Assembly: GCA_002452155.1 (NCBI GenBank) | Contig: DKEK01000004.1 | Span: 18,336 to 67,074 of the forward strand | Length of the DNA stretch: 48,739 nucleotides | Source of the DNA: Candidatus Saccharibacteria bacterium UBA6824 | GTDB lineage: Bacteria; Patescibacteriota; Saccharimonadia; Saccharimonadales; UBA10212 | Reading direction: 5' to 3' | Shown: positions 29,568 through 38,522 of the stretch, piece by piece | Layout: every line of letters begins with the position of its first letter | Position numbering within the stretch: position 1 is the first letter of the stretch | Program-made: the position numbers and the translations under genes | Notes under the pieces: model-generated | What the model was told of the DNA's origin: nothing | Database searches by the model: none | Seen by the model: only the letters and a program-made list of their open reading frames with translations

Positions 29568-30050
29568 TTAGGTTTGGTGCTGATAGGTCATAGAGTGGCA
29601 GATGGCGCAGGCCAAAGCGTCGGCGCAATCATCGGGCTGGGGAACATCTTTTAAGCCTAAAATTACGCGCACCATTTCCTGCATTTGTTTTTTTTCAGCC
29701 CTGCCATAGCCCGTCAATGCTTGTTTTATTTGCAGCGGCGTATATTCGGCAATTACTAGGCCGGCTTGCTTGCCAGCCACGATAGCTACGCCACGAGCTT
29801 GCGCCACGGTCATGGCGGTCGTTACATTTTGGGCGAAAAATAATTTCTCGACCGCCATTTCGACAGGACTGCTGGTGGCGATTATATCTGTCAGTTCCTC
29901 AAAGATTGTCTGCAAACGTTCGGCATCTCCCTCCTTGACTGGTGTGCGGATTACGCCCCCATCAACTAGTGTGGCCTTGCCATTTTTGTCGACCTCGATA
30001 ATTCCAAATCCTAGAATTCCTGTTCCCGGATCAATCCCTATTATTCTCAT
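29568..30050 (-). CDS. ruvC: Crossover junction endodeoxyribonuclease RuvC
   Basis: IGIDPG, E.LFF, YTP.QIK..LTGYGRAEK, PDD.ADALA. Confidence 0.97.
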   Translation of the reverse strand: MRIIGIDPGTGILGFGIIEVDKNGKATLVDGGVIRTPVKEGDAERLQTIFEELTDIIATSSPVEMAVEKLFFAQNVTTAMTVAQARGVAIVAGKQAGLVIAEYTPLQIKQALTGYGRAEKKQMQEMVRVILGLKDVPQPDDCADALACAICHSMTYQHQT

Positions 30051-30782
30051 CTAGACTTCTACGCCGTCGGCGATATCGAAGTTAGTGTGGGTAGAAACTA
30101 CATCGTCTAAGTCTTCAAGGGCGTCCATGAGGTTGACGGTTTTGCGGGCGATTTCGCGGTCACTAATTTCTAAGGTGTTGTTTGGCACATAAGTTAGCTC
30201 GGCCTCGACTACTTCGAGTCCAGCTGATTTGAGCGCTTCGCGTACTTTTGCTAATTCGTTAGGCACGGTATAGACAACTGTTTCGCCGGTTTCTAGTTCC
30301 GGAATTACATCCTCAGCACCAGCCTCTATGGCCTGAAGTTGCAGGTCATCACCAGTTCCCTTTGCCCGGATCATGCCTTTACGACTAAATTGGAAAGCTA
30401 CGCTATTGGGCTCGGCCATACTGCCGCCGTTTTTAGAAAATGCCGTCCGTACTTCCGGATAGGTACGGTTTTTGTTGTCCGTAGCGACTTCTACCAAGAT
30501 GGCCACGCCACCGGGACCGTAGCCTTCATACATGATTTCTTCCAGCTGGGCGGCTGATTTGTCGGCCGAGCGGGCGATGGAGCGTTCGATATTAGCGGTC
30601 GGCATATTGGCGGCTTTGGCTTTTTCTACCGCCATAGCCAGCGAAGAATTGGTCGCAGGGTCGGTACCGGCGCGGGCGGCAATAGCAATTTGATTGCCCA
30701 ATTTAGTAAAGAGAGCGCCGCGCTTGGCGTCGTTGGCGCCCTTTTGACGTTTGATTGTCGCCCATTTGGAATGTCCAGACAT
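30051..30782 (-). CDS. yebC: YebC/PmpR family protein
   Basis: MSGHSKWATIKRQK, YEGYGPGGVA, TDNKNRT. Confidence 0.95.
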   Translation of the reverse strand: MSGHSKWATIKRQKGANDAKRGALFTKLGNQIAIAARAGTDPATNSSLAMAVEKAKAANMPTANIERSIARSADKSAAQLEEIMYEGYGPGGVAILVEVATDNKNRTYPEVRTAFSKNGGSMAEPNSVAFQFSRKGMIRAKGTGDDLQLQAIEAGAEDVIPELETGETVVYTVPNELAKVREALKSAGLEVVEAELTYVPNNTLEISDREIARKTVNLMDALEDLDDVVSTHTNFDIADGVEV

Positions 30783-30788
30783 ATTTAG

Positions 30789-32219
30789 CTACACTGCTTT
30801 CTCATCTGTTATTATAGCATTTTTTTGTTTACCGAGCTGTTTGTGAGCGGCAGCGAAGACTAGCAAAACTAGTCCGTAGAAATAAAGCATGCTTGGTATG
30901 CTAATGGATCTACGCAAAAAGATTGACGGGATGGCGGCAAATAGACGGACGATGTCTAGGATGTAAGTCAAAAGTAGGTTCGCCGGCCACGCCAACCAGC
31001 CCGCCATGGCGGGCATCAGCATGCCAGCAGCAGCCGCCACAGCCGACAGTAACATAGCGAATGGGATTAGTGGTACTACCAGCACATTTGTGATTAGTCC
31101 GACCAACGATAATTGGCCGAACATGGCCATGATAAGCGGCAGGGTCATAATCTCGGCCGCTAAAGTCTCCATAGCCACGCCAACTATTATCTTTGGCGGT
31201 CGCCTAAACAATTTAGCAGCGACGACTGGCGAAATTATGAGCACGCCAAAAAAGGCTAGGAATGACAAGTACCAGCCCGGGTCGCCCCAGATATAAAACG
31301 GATTGAACAGCGCCGTCAGCGCGGCCGTGAAAGCCAAGATTAAAACCGGCCGGATTTTGCGGCCGTAAAACCAGGCCCATAGACTCAAGGTAGAAACGAT
31401 TGCTGCCCGCACGATGCTGGCGCTAAAGCCGGTCATCAAAATGAAAAAACCAATCAAAGCTAGCGACAACACCAATTTCTGGTATTTAGAACGCAGTTTT
31501 AGTTTGGCCGATGCCCGGACCAAAATCGTCAGGTTATAGCCAGAGACAGCCACGATATGTAGCAACCCGACCATCGTTAATTGATTGATAATATCTTTGG
31601 ACAGCGTGCTGCGCTGACCAACCAGCAGACCCATGCCAAAACTGGCGTTTGGTTCTGGCAGAGCCGATTGCATGCCGGCGCTAAAGCGCCGGGTGAAGCG
31701 ATTAATCCAGCTATTATCCAAGCCCGTGCGTTTCAGCTGGGCGTAGGAGACGCGGGCTTGATTGGCGCCACGTGTCGGATAAAGCTTACCGTTAATTTGC
31801 ACCTTATCGCCGCGGTAAATCATGGCCTCGCCAAAACCGCTGACCTTAAAACTGCCGGCTAGCGGCCTGCGGCTCGGTTGCAGCTGCGCATGGCTGGCTG
31901 TGAATTCCAACTGAGAGGCTTGGGCATAAACGGCGTCGCTTGTAGCTGTGGCTTCGATCGTCACCTTCTGACCGGTCAGACTTTTTAGCTCGTCAAGTCT
32001 TTGCATATAAGCACCGCCGCGCCATAGGCCCAGTCCTGTGCCCAGCAAAACGATTAGCGCAGCAGCCGTCAGATTTTTATGTTTGAGAAGTAGGAGGGCC
32101 GGAGAAGATATTAACCACCAAAGATGTGGCTGCAGTTGAAATTTACGGGCCAGCCCCAGACCGGCCAAAATAGCCAGGCAAAATAAGGTTATCAAAGTAG
32201 TACGCCGCAGCCGTCTCAT
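30789..32219 (-). CDS. comEC: ComEC/Rec2 competence protein (no C-terminal metallo-beta-lactamase domain)
   Basis: GL.HIVAVSGYN, S.VRA, LSFLA. Confidence 0.92.
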   Translation of the reverse strand: MRRLRRTTLITLFCLAILAGLGLARKFQLQPHLWWLISSPALLLLKHKNLTAAALIVLLGTGLGLWRGGAYMQRLDELKSLTGQKVTIEATATSDAVYAQASQLEFTASHAQLQPSRRPLAGSFKVSGFGEAMIYRGDKVQINGKLYPTRGANQARVSYAQLKRTGLDNSWINRFTRRFSAGMQSALPEPNASFGMGLLVGQRSTLSKDIINQLTMVGLLHIVAVSGYNLTILVRASAKLKLRSKYQKLVLSLALIGFFILMTGFSASIVRAAIVSTLSLWAWFYGRKIRPVLILAFTAALTALFNPFYIWGDPGWYLSFLAFFGVLIISPVVAAKLFRRPPKIIVGVAMETLAAEIMTLPLIMAMFGQLSLVGLITNVLVVPLIPFAMLLSAVAAAAGMLMPAMAGWLAWPANLLLTYILDIVRLFAAIPSIFLRRSISIPSMLYFYGLVLLVFAAAHKQLGKQKNAIITDEKAV

Positions 32220-32321
32220 CTTGGGACAATAATGTCATAGGCTGCGCCAAAAATTAACTGCTTACGTTTGACTTTTCAGGTAAAAAACAGATAATGTAAG
32301 GTGTTAATTCGCCCGTTTTAC

Positions 32322-32398
32322 GGGCCCATAGCTCAGTTGGTCAGAGCAGCGGCCTTTTAAGCCGCGTGTCGTGGGTTCGAATCCCACTGGGCCCTCCA
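32322..32398 (+). tRNA. tRNA-Lys(TTT)
   Basis: GGGCCCA/TGGGCCC, GCGGC-CTTTTAA-GCCGC, GGTTCGAATCC, CCA. Confidence 0.97.
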
Positions 32399-32433
32399 AT
32401 CAAAAAGTCCAGTCTTGTGCTGGGCTTTTTGAT
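32399..32433 (+). terminator. Intrinsic terminator after tRNA-Lys
   Basis: atcaaaaagtccag-tcttgtg-ctgggctttttgat. Confidence 0.75.
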
Positions 32434-32491
32434 TGGCTGTTCTTGAGGGGTGCGGTTCCACGACGCAGATTTTCTGAAAGAAAATATGTTA

Positions 32492-32580
32492 GTCGTGGGT
32501 TCGGTCATCAAGCTTCACGCGCAGGAGTTTACTCCGAGCATGAGGCGCAGATGTGCGCTCACCCCACTGGGCCCTCCAAT
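32492..32580 (+). repeat. Duplicate of the tRNA-Lys 3' end, split in the T-loop by a 59-nt insert
   Basis: gtcgtgggttcg (32492-32503) and cccactgggccctccaat (32563-32580) match 32368-32400 apart from the loop aat. Confidence 0.85.
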
Positions 32581-32634
32581 ACGCTCATGCTTATAACAGA
32601 GGCAAATTACCTCTGTTATTGTTATAGTTAACAT

Positions 32635-33528
32635 ATGCCAAATATATCACCAGGTTCGCATGAGTTAAATCAACTCTTCCATGTTTACTCACCAACAGAG
32701 TTGGTTGAGGTTGAACGTAATGATGCCGCTTATGCGAATGACGTGTACAACCTGACAGATACCGCAGGCCAAGAATTTGTCATGAGAATTCTTAAAATTC
32801 AGGACCCGAAGACGGTTAACCTCGAAGCACGAATGCAGACTATGTTGAGCGCAATAGGCATAAGAACGCCACAGTACCTAGCCTTCGGAGAAAACAACTT
32901 TGTGGGCGAAGAAGGCGGACATCACTTTACGCTTAGTAAGCGAATCGAGGGCAGGACCCCAACTGACGTTACGCCAGAATTAGTTACTGACTTTGGTGCT
33001 ACTCTTGCACGTATCCACAACTGCTTACAGGGCCTAGTAGTACCACCCAATAAAATGCAGTGGTTTGACCCTAAGATTGCCCAACAAGATCTAGATACGT
33101 ACAATGGACCCCTAAAAGCAAAACTTACGACATTAGTCGATAAAGGTAAGGAGCTACTAAGCCTAGGGCTTCCCGAAGCTGTCATACATGGCGACTTATG
33201 GCTCAGCAATACATTTGCTGAAGGTAATAAAGTTACTGCAGTTTTTGATTTTGAAACTGCCCAGAATACCGCCAGAATCATTGACCTTGCTAGAACATAT
33301 ACTTCCATGAGAAGGGAGACGAGTATTCCTGCCCAGCAAATCATTGACCTTTTAATAAGTGGCTACGACTCAGTAGCTTCTGAATCATTAACGCAAGCCG
33401 AGAGTGACAACTTTAGACTAGCAATAGCATACGTTGCTGGCGTAGTAGCTGCGTGGCACGCAGCCAATGGAACAAGGTACACGGGGCCATATATTGAAAT
33501 TGGTGAAGAGGTACTAAGTAGTAGCTAA
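32635..33528 (+). CDS. Phosphotransferase (APH / type II homoserine kinase-like)
   Basis: LARIH, IHGDLWLSN, FDFE, DLA. Confidence 0.88.
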   Translation: MPNISPGSHELNQLFHVYSPTELVEVERNDAAYANDVYNLTDTAGQEFVMRILKIQDPKTVNLEARMQTMLSAIGIRTPQYLAFGENNFVGEEGGHHFTLSKRIEGRTPTDVTPELVTDFGATLARIHNCLQGLVVPPNKMQWFDPKIAQQDLDTYNGPLKAKLTTLVDKGKELLSLGLPEAVIHGDLWLSNTFAEGNKVTAVFDFETAQNTARIIDLARTYTSMRRETSIPAQQIIDLLISGYDSVASESLTQAESDNFRLAIAYVAGVVAAWHAANGTRYTGPYIEIGEEVLSSS

Positions 33529-33589
33529 TTTAGTTGCGATAACGTCTACTATGGCCCTCCACGCCACCACGAATATTAACTCTGCTGGA

Positions 33590-34204
33590 CTATTCTTTAT
33601 CGGCAAATACTACGAGTCTATTAGAGAAACTCTTTTGGGCATTATTCCAAGTTCCCTCACAGGTGATGAGGTTAAGATGCGCCAAGCCATCCTTTGACTT
33701 AAACACATCCGAAGCGTCGGCTTGCGGGTCATAGCTTCGGCTCTCTCGCACTACAAAAATAGCGGCTGTTCCTTTTTTGTCTTCGACGTATAGTTTGTCT
33801 CCCGGAAGCAATTTATATAAATTATCAAATACCGCCGGTATGTTATCTCTATAACCGAAATGTCCGTCAATAACAGAGCTCCCGATTTCCCCTGGGCGCG
33901 GCCCGAGGCTATACCAGCCCGTGTTAGCAGGGTCTTTCGGGACATCCAGGTCTCCCAGAGACGTAAGGCCTACATACTCGACAGCCGCATCAACATTAAT
34001 CGCCGGAATCTTGAGACGCACCGGTAACCCATACCTTGCTGGTTCATGTTTTGCAGGAACAGCGGCTTTTGGAAAAGGCGCCGCCGAGCCATTCTGATTT
34101 GAGTTTCTTAAGACAAAAAACCAAATAAGCGTAAGGCAAAGCGCCAACCCTGTAAAGATGACGAGCAGTAACGTTCGTCTTGATAAGGTTTTCGATAAAT
34201 TCAT
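33590..34204 (-). CDS. Class F sortase
   Basis: PVRLKIPAINVDA, GWY..GPRPGE.GS.VIDGH, LNLITC.G, RLVV; probable start MNLSK at 34204. Confidence 0.92.
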   Translation of the reverse strand: MNLSKTLSRRTLLLVIFTGLALCLTLIWFFVLRNSNQNGSAAPFPKAAVPAKHEPARYGLPVRLKIPAINVDAAVEYVGLTSLGDLDVPKDPANTGWYSLGPRPGEIGSSVIDGHFGYRDNIPAVFDNLYKLLPGDKLYVEDKKGTAAIFVVRESRSYDPQADASDVFKSKDGLAHLNLITCEGTWNNAQKSFSNRLVVFADKE

Positions 34205-34313
34205 CCCGTTAGAAGTAGTATAAAGCACGTAAAACCACCGTGTGGTGCCATATATTATTGCTCATGTCTTCATAATTATACTTTAAACCTAGCTGGGGTT
34301 ACTTCTAACGGGA
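34204..34313. mobile_element. 110-bp MITE-like element with 14-15 bp terminal inverted repeats and TTCA direct flanks
   Basis: atcccgttagaagta (34203-34217) / tacttctaacgggat (34300-34314); TTCA at 34200-34203 and 34314-34317. Confidence 0.6.
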
Positions 34314-34326
34314 TTCACACACAATC

Positions 34327-34361
34327 AAAAGAGCCAGACCGCCTTTGGTCTGGCTCTTTTT
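34327..34361 (-). terminator. Bidirectional intrinsic terminator
   Basis: aaaagagccagacc-gccttt-ggtctggctctttt. Confidence 0.8.
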
Positions 34362-34375
34362 CTTGAGTGCTTGGG

Positions 34376-35335
34376 CTAAATCGCCCGTTTCTTTCGAAGA
34401 TACAGCAAGGATAAGGCAACAGAAGCCCCAACTGGAATGATAATGTTCCATGAGACGCTGTTCTTGTGCTTAGAGCCAACCCCCGTATTTGGCAAGCCTG
34501 GCACGGTAGTAGACGATGAGCTACCGCTGGAAGAAGATGCTACCGTGCAAGTCGGTTTTGTAATTATGTCGTTGATCAATGTGACTTGGCCGTTGCGGGC
34601 TAGGAGTCTTCCCTCTATGTTTGCACCGTTCGCCACCGTGATTGAGTTAAGAGCTAGAATGGTGCCCTTAAACACCGCGGTTGTGTTAATAGTGGCTGTG
34701 TCTACCCGCCAGAAGACGTTGCAGGCCTGAGCTTGGCCTGTAAGCGACACAGTACTACCCGGTCCCACAGTCAGTCCAGTTCCATCCGCATTCATTTCGA
34801 AGATGAAAACAGCGTTGGGGTCGCCCTGTCCATCGATAACTAAAGGACCTGCTCCGGCAGTAATTTGGAACGTGGTCGCGGTAGAGGCGTAAACACCTGC
34901 AAATTTAGTAGTTCCGCCGAGCTCGGTCGGTACAATTGTAACCGGTGTTCGTCCGGCCGCATCGATATACGCGGTGGTCAGGTCGAGTTTCGCGTTATCC
35001 ACTAAGGTCTTATTAGAAAGTGGTGGGTTACCCGCAAAACATGCTGTACCGAAACCACCACCTGTATATGCCGCATCAACGCCGTATATTGTCCCAGTCA
35101 CCTGTGAACAGTACAGTCCAATGGCGGCAGCAGTAGCTGGGCTCAACCCAACATTTCCCGTAACAGCAGATGTATGAGCGCCGGACTCGGTAATGGCAGG
35201 AGTTCCAGCCAGTATTGCAAACGGTGCGGCTGTGCCAAGATCTACCGTGGCCGTCGCCGCTCTGACTAGCCCAGCTAGACCAAGCGTAAGCGCAGCGACT
35301 AAGGCAATTGCCGGGAGCTTATTTAATATTTTCAT
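34376..35335 (-). CDS. Ice-binding (DUF3494) domain protein with LPNTG sorting signal
   Basis: VDLGTAAPFAILAG, D...AY.DAAGR, GDPNAVFIF, AQACNVFWRV, GRLLA; LPNTG, TM, RKKR tail; start 35335 or 35377. Confidence 0.9.
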   Translation of the reverse strand: MKILNKLPAIALVAALTLGLAGLVRAATATVDLGTAAPFAILAGTPAITESGAHTSAVTGNVGLSPATAAAIGLYCSQVTGTIYGVDAAYTGGGFGTACFAGNPPLSNKTLVDNAKLDLTTAYIDAAGRTPVTIVPTELGGTTKFAGVYASTATTFQITAGAGPLVIDGQGDPNAVFIFEMNADGTGLTVGPGSTVSLTGQAQACNVFWRVDTATINTTAVFKGTILALNSITVANGANIEGRLLARNGQVTLINDIITKPTCTVASSSSGSSSSTTVPGLPNTGVGSKHKNSVSWNIIIPVGASVALSLLYLRKKRAI

Positions 35336-35482
35336 GTACTTATCTTTATATTTTTCATTAGTTATCTTTAATACCATCTTTACAATTTACTCCAATGTAA
35401 CGCTTTTGTAACGCCCATACCTGTGGATAAGTTTATCGAAACTTCAAATTATAGGGCATTGAAATCGTTGCAGAGATTATTG

Positions 35483-35956
35483 TTACCTATGTCTACTATA
35501 GTGTTTGAGGCCGCCGAACCAGATTAGCAATAAGCTAATCAAAGCACCAATGCCGATAACTTCTGATTGGATTTTTTGCAGATTGCTCCAGAAACTGGAA
35601 TTCGTGACGTCGAACTGCGATGAACTGCCAAGAACTGGTCCGACGGACAGGGCCAATAGGCCGCCGGCACAAAGTGCAGCAGCTAGCTGTAGCCAAAATT
35701 TGAGGCCTTTACCAGCCGACGCGCGCGTCAAAAGCAAAGTTAAAACCAGCGGAACCGCCAGTAAAAGAATGCCGATGGTGCTACTGGCAGTCGATAAATT
35801 AAGCTGGCTCAGAAGGTTCTTGAGATCACCAATGACCGAAGTGCTTAGGACAAACCCAGCACATAAAACTAAAAAACTTAGGGCTGCGTTGCTTTTAAGT
35901 AAAAAGGTTAGGACCGCCGGCCCTAAAATCATAACGCCCAGCAGTATATCAGCCAT
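35483..35956 (-). CDS. Hypothetical membrane protein
   Basis: 157 aa, about five TMs; extended -10 6 nt before ATG. Confidence 0.75.
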   Translation of the reverse strand: MADILLGVMILGPAVLTFLLKSNAALSFLVLCAGFVLSTSVIGDLKNLLSQLNLSTASSTIGILLLAVPLVLTLLLTRASAGKGLKFWLQLAAALCAGGLLALSVGPVLGSSSQFDVTNSSFWSNLQKIQSEVIGIGALISLLLIWFGGLKHYSRHR

Positions 35957-36007
35957 AAGCCCATCTTAGCATAAGCTTTAAGGCCAGCCGTGGCCCAACC
36001 ACCTAAT

Positions 36008-36039
36008 CCCCATCTTCAGTCATATGACTGAAAATGGGG
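36008..36039. repeat. 32-bp CATATG-centred palindrome
   Basis: ccccatcttcagtcatatgactgaaaatgggg. Confidence 0.85.
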
Positions 36040-36075
36040 GTCGCTGGAAGTTATTAGCTTAGTCCAGTTATGGTT

Positions 36076-36981
36076 TTAGGCACCAACGCGGTCTTTTCGA
36101 CGACGACCCTTGGCGTTACGTTCAATATATTCAATTATTTTAGTGGCCACGTCGCGGTCGGTTACGGTTTCTGGCGTTCTAAGACTGGCCGAAGAATTTA
36201 CTTCAAGTACCAAAGGGCCCCTGGCGGAGCGCATCATATCTACGCCGCAGATTGGCAGGCCCATTGCCTTGGCTGCCCGAACGGCGGTTTTTTCTTCTTC
36301 GTCTGTAAGTTTTACGGCTGTGCCCACCCCACCTTGGTGAGTGTTGGATCGAAAGTCATCATCTAAGCTCTGTCTTTTAATACTGGCAACAACTCGCCCG
36401 CCTACCACTAAAGCCCTGATGTCCGAACCGGCCGACTCCTCAACGAACTCTTGTACCAAGAAGCTTACACCCTCAACGTAAAAGGCCTGCATTACAGCTT
36501 TGGCGGCTTTTCGGGTTTCGGCTAACACCACCCCATTGCCATGGGTACCACGAGCCACTTTGATAATTAGGGGGGCGCCCCCAGCGACTTCTATAACCTC
36601 ATCAAAATCGGCTGTTTCGCGAGCAAAAACTGTCTTTGGTACACCTACCTCCGCCTTAGCCAGCAGTTGATAAGCCCGCAGTTTATCACGGGAACGGACG
36701 ATAGCAATCGAGCTAGTGGTCGTGTAAACTCCCTGCATTTCAAACTGCCGAACTACGGCAGAGCCATATTTTGTGTAAGTCTGGCCGATCCTTGGAATAA
36801 TAGCGTCTATATCGGTTAGTCTTTCGCCCTTGTAATAAACAACCGGGTTACCTCTTTCAACCGTCATGTAACATTTGGCGTAGTTAATGACCCGGACTTC
36901 GTGACCCCGGGCAATAGCGACCTCTTTAAGCCGCCTGGTCGTGTAGTTGGCGGAACCCTTAGATAAAATAGCTATTTTCAT
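36076..36981 (-). CDS. rimK: RimK family alpha-L-glutamate ligase
   Basis: MKIAILS, DAIIPRIG, RDKLR..QLL, G..G.GV.LAET, FRSN.H.GG, GVD, EVN. Confidence 0.92.
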   Translation of the reverse strand: MKIAILSKGSANYTTRRLKEVAIARGHEVRVINYAKCYMTVERGNPVVYYKGERLTDIDAIIPRIGQTYTKYGSAVVRQFEMQGVYTTTSSIAIVRSRDKLRAYQLLAKAEVGVPKTVFARETADFDEVIEVAGGAPLIIKVARGTHGNGVVLAETRKAAKAVMQAFYVEGVSFLVQEFVEESAGSDIRALVVGGRVVASIKRQSLDDDFRSNTHQGGVGTAVKLTDEEEKTAVRAAKAMGLPICGVDMMRSARGPLVLEVNSSASLRTPETVTDRDVATKIIEYIERNAKGRRRKDRVGA

Positions 36982-36986
36982 AATAT

Positions 36987-37406
36987 TTACTTTACTTCGT
37001 AACGATACTTCGTTCCTTTTTTGGGGTCAACCAAAAATCCGTGTCGTCGCAGAAACCGCCGACCTATAATTACCGCCTTCATCATTTGGCTGCGATCCGC
37101 TAGAGTAATATTAATAGGATAGCTTACATCTCTGATAACAATGGTGGTTCTAATAATGTATCTCCATTCGAGCTCGCCATTACTGCTACGGACTTTTTTA
37201 CGCCGATAGGCAGTCAGCCGGACTGGTTTTTTTCGCCCATAAGGAGTAAACTTTAGGGCTTTTTCGCCAGTTGGCAGCTTAACCACTATAATATTCGTCG
37301 CGTGTAAGGCACCGCTTAGCGCTCCAGTGTCGACTTTGGCAATAGTGTCGTAAATCCCTAAATCGGGAAAGCTGACTTTTGCGAATGCTCCAATAGTCTT
37401 TGGCAC
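36987..37406 (-). CDS. RimK-associated putative aspartic protease (RimB/DUF785-like)
   Basis: AKVDTGA..GALHA, VRSSNG, LADRSQM...IGRRFL. Confidence 0.88.
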   Translation of the reverse strand: MPKTIGAFAKVSFPDLGIYDTIAKVDTGALSGALHATNIIVVKLPTGEKALKFTPYGRKKPVRLTAYRRKKVRSSNGELEWRYIIRTTIVIRDVSYPINITLADRSQMMKAVIIGRRFLRRHGFLVDPKKGTKYRYEVK

Positions 37407-37549
37407 AACTAACTCCTATCTGATTTTCTAATCTTAGTCAACAAATTCTCTGTAGATCCGATGACTCACAGATTATCCGCCTAAGTCTCATACTTTAACA
37501 CTTTTTAGCCTTTTATTCAATCCCAGCAGTGTTATACTTGAGCTTGATT

Positions 37550-38467
37550 ATGGACCTAAGTCGGCAGATAAAACAGTATTATTTGGGGCGTATAAACGAA
37601 CTACCGAAACACAAGAGGTTTCATTTCGCTTCACGTATTGCCGCTTGGCAGGACGACCCCAAAGCTCTTGAACTGCTTTCGGAGCTGAAAAATTATATGT
37701 TGCCCACCGAGACGACGCAAATGTTTAACCGAATTTTAAACAAGCGGCCCGGTAAAATATACGGGAAAGAGCTGCGCCAAAGTTACTTTTATAAGTATCC
37801 AAACCTGTTTGGTATTCATAACGCCTTCTTCCGAATTAGGCACCTTAAGGATATATATGGTGTTGATGTGCGCCAAGAATTCCTAAGCATCGTAATGCCA
37901 GAGGAACTAGAAAAGCTGTACAAAGACCTTACAAACGATAGCCAGGCTCTGCGAATATTGTCCAGATTCGCAATCGACTATATATATTTATATGAAATCT
38001 TGTACGGTGTTAACGAGCCGTTTGATCCACAATTGATTCTTGGGCTAAAAGATGGCTATGATCTGAAAGATAATACTCAGCTACACCTCTTTATTTATCT
38101 GTATACGCACAGCATCATCGCCGATAGTAATTTTTACGTGCGACAGGTCCCAGCCCACAGGCTAAGCGTCTACCGTAATATGTTAAATGAGCTGGAAAGT
38201 TTTATGACTAGGAGAGATGACATTAAGCTCGATAATAAATTTGAGTTCTTGGTTGTGTCCCGGATTTGCGCCCGAGAAACCACACTGGGAGCCGAGATAA
38301 ACAAGCAAGCAAATCGTTCTCTTAGCTCTGATGGCCTGTTCATTATCGACAAACTTAATGGTAACGAGAAAACAGGGCTTAACAGCTTTGCCGGCTCGGA
38401 ACACCGCAATGTGCTTTTTATCCTGAGCAGCTCGCCATTTAAGCCGCACTCGACGCTTATCTCATAA
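37550..38467 (+). CDS. Hypothetical protein, DUF3541-like motifs
   Basis: HFASR, YTH.IIADS.FY and EHRNVL recalled as resembling DUF3541; unverified. Confidence 0.7.
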   Translation: MDLSRQIKQYYLGRINELPKHKRFHFASRIAAWQDDPKALELLSELKNYMLPTETTQMFNRILNKRPGKIYGKELRQSYFYKYPNLFGIHNAFFRIRHLKDIYGVDVRQEFLSIVMPEELEKLYKDLTNDSQALRILSRFAIDYIYLYEILYGVNEPFDPQLILGLKDGYDLKDNTQLHLFIYLYTHSIIADSNFYVRQVPAHRLSVYRNMLNELESFMTRRDDIKLDNKFEFLVVSRICARETTLGAEINKQANRSLSSDGLFIIDKLNGNEKTGLNSFAGSEHRNVLFILSSSPFKPHSTLIS

Positions 38468-38522
38468 ATAAAAGGGGTTGTTTCTCATGCTTATGGGAAC
38501 CCTCCCGTATATACTGAAGGTT

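Noticed and set aside
32371-32631. 86-aa ORF starting inside tRNA-Lys
   Set aside because: Composed of tRNA, terminator and duplicated tRNA sequence.
35396-35414. Direct repeat tgtaacgc-ttt-tgtaacgc upstream of the DUF3494 gene
   Set aside because: Could be a regulator site, but it is 8 bp x2 with no second instance or nearby regulator.
35422-35430. Perfect DnaA box (TGTGGATAA), also at 40156-40164
   Set aside because: Isolated boxes, one intragenic; no cluster or dnaA to indicate oriC.
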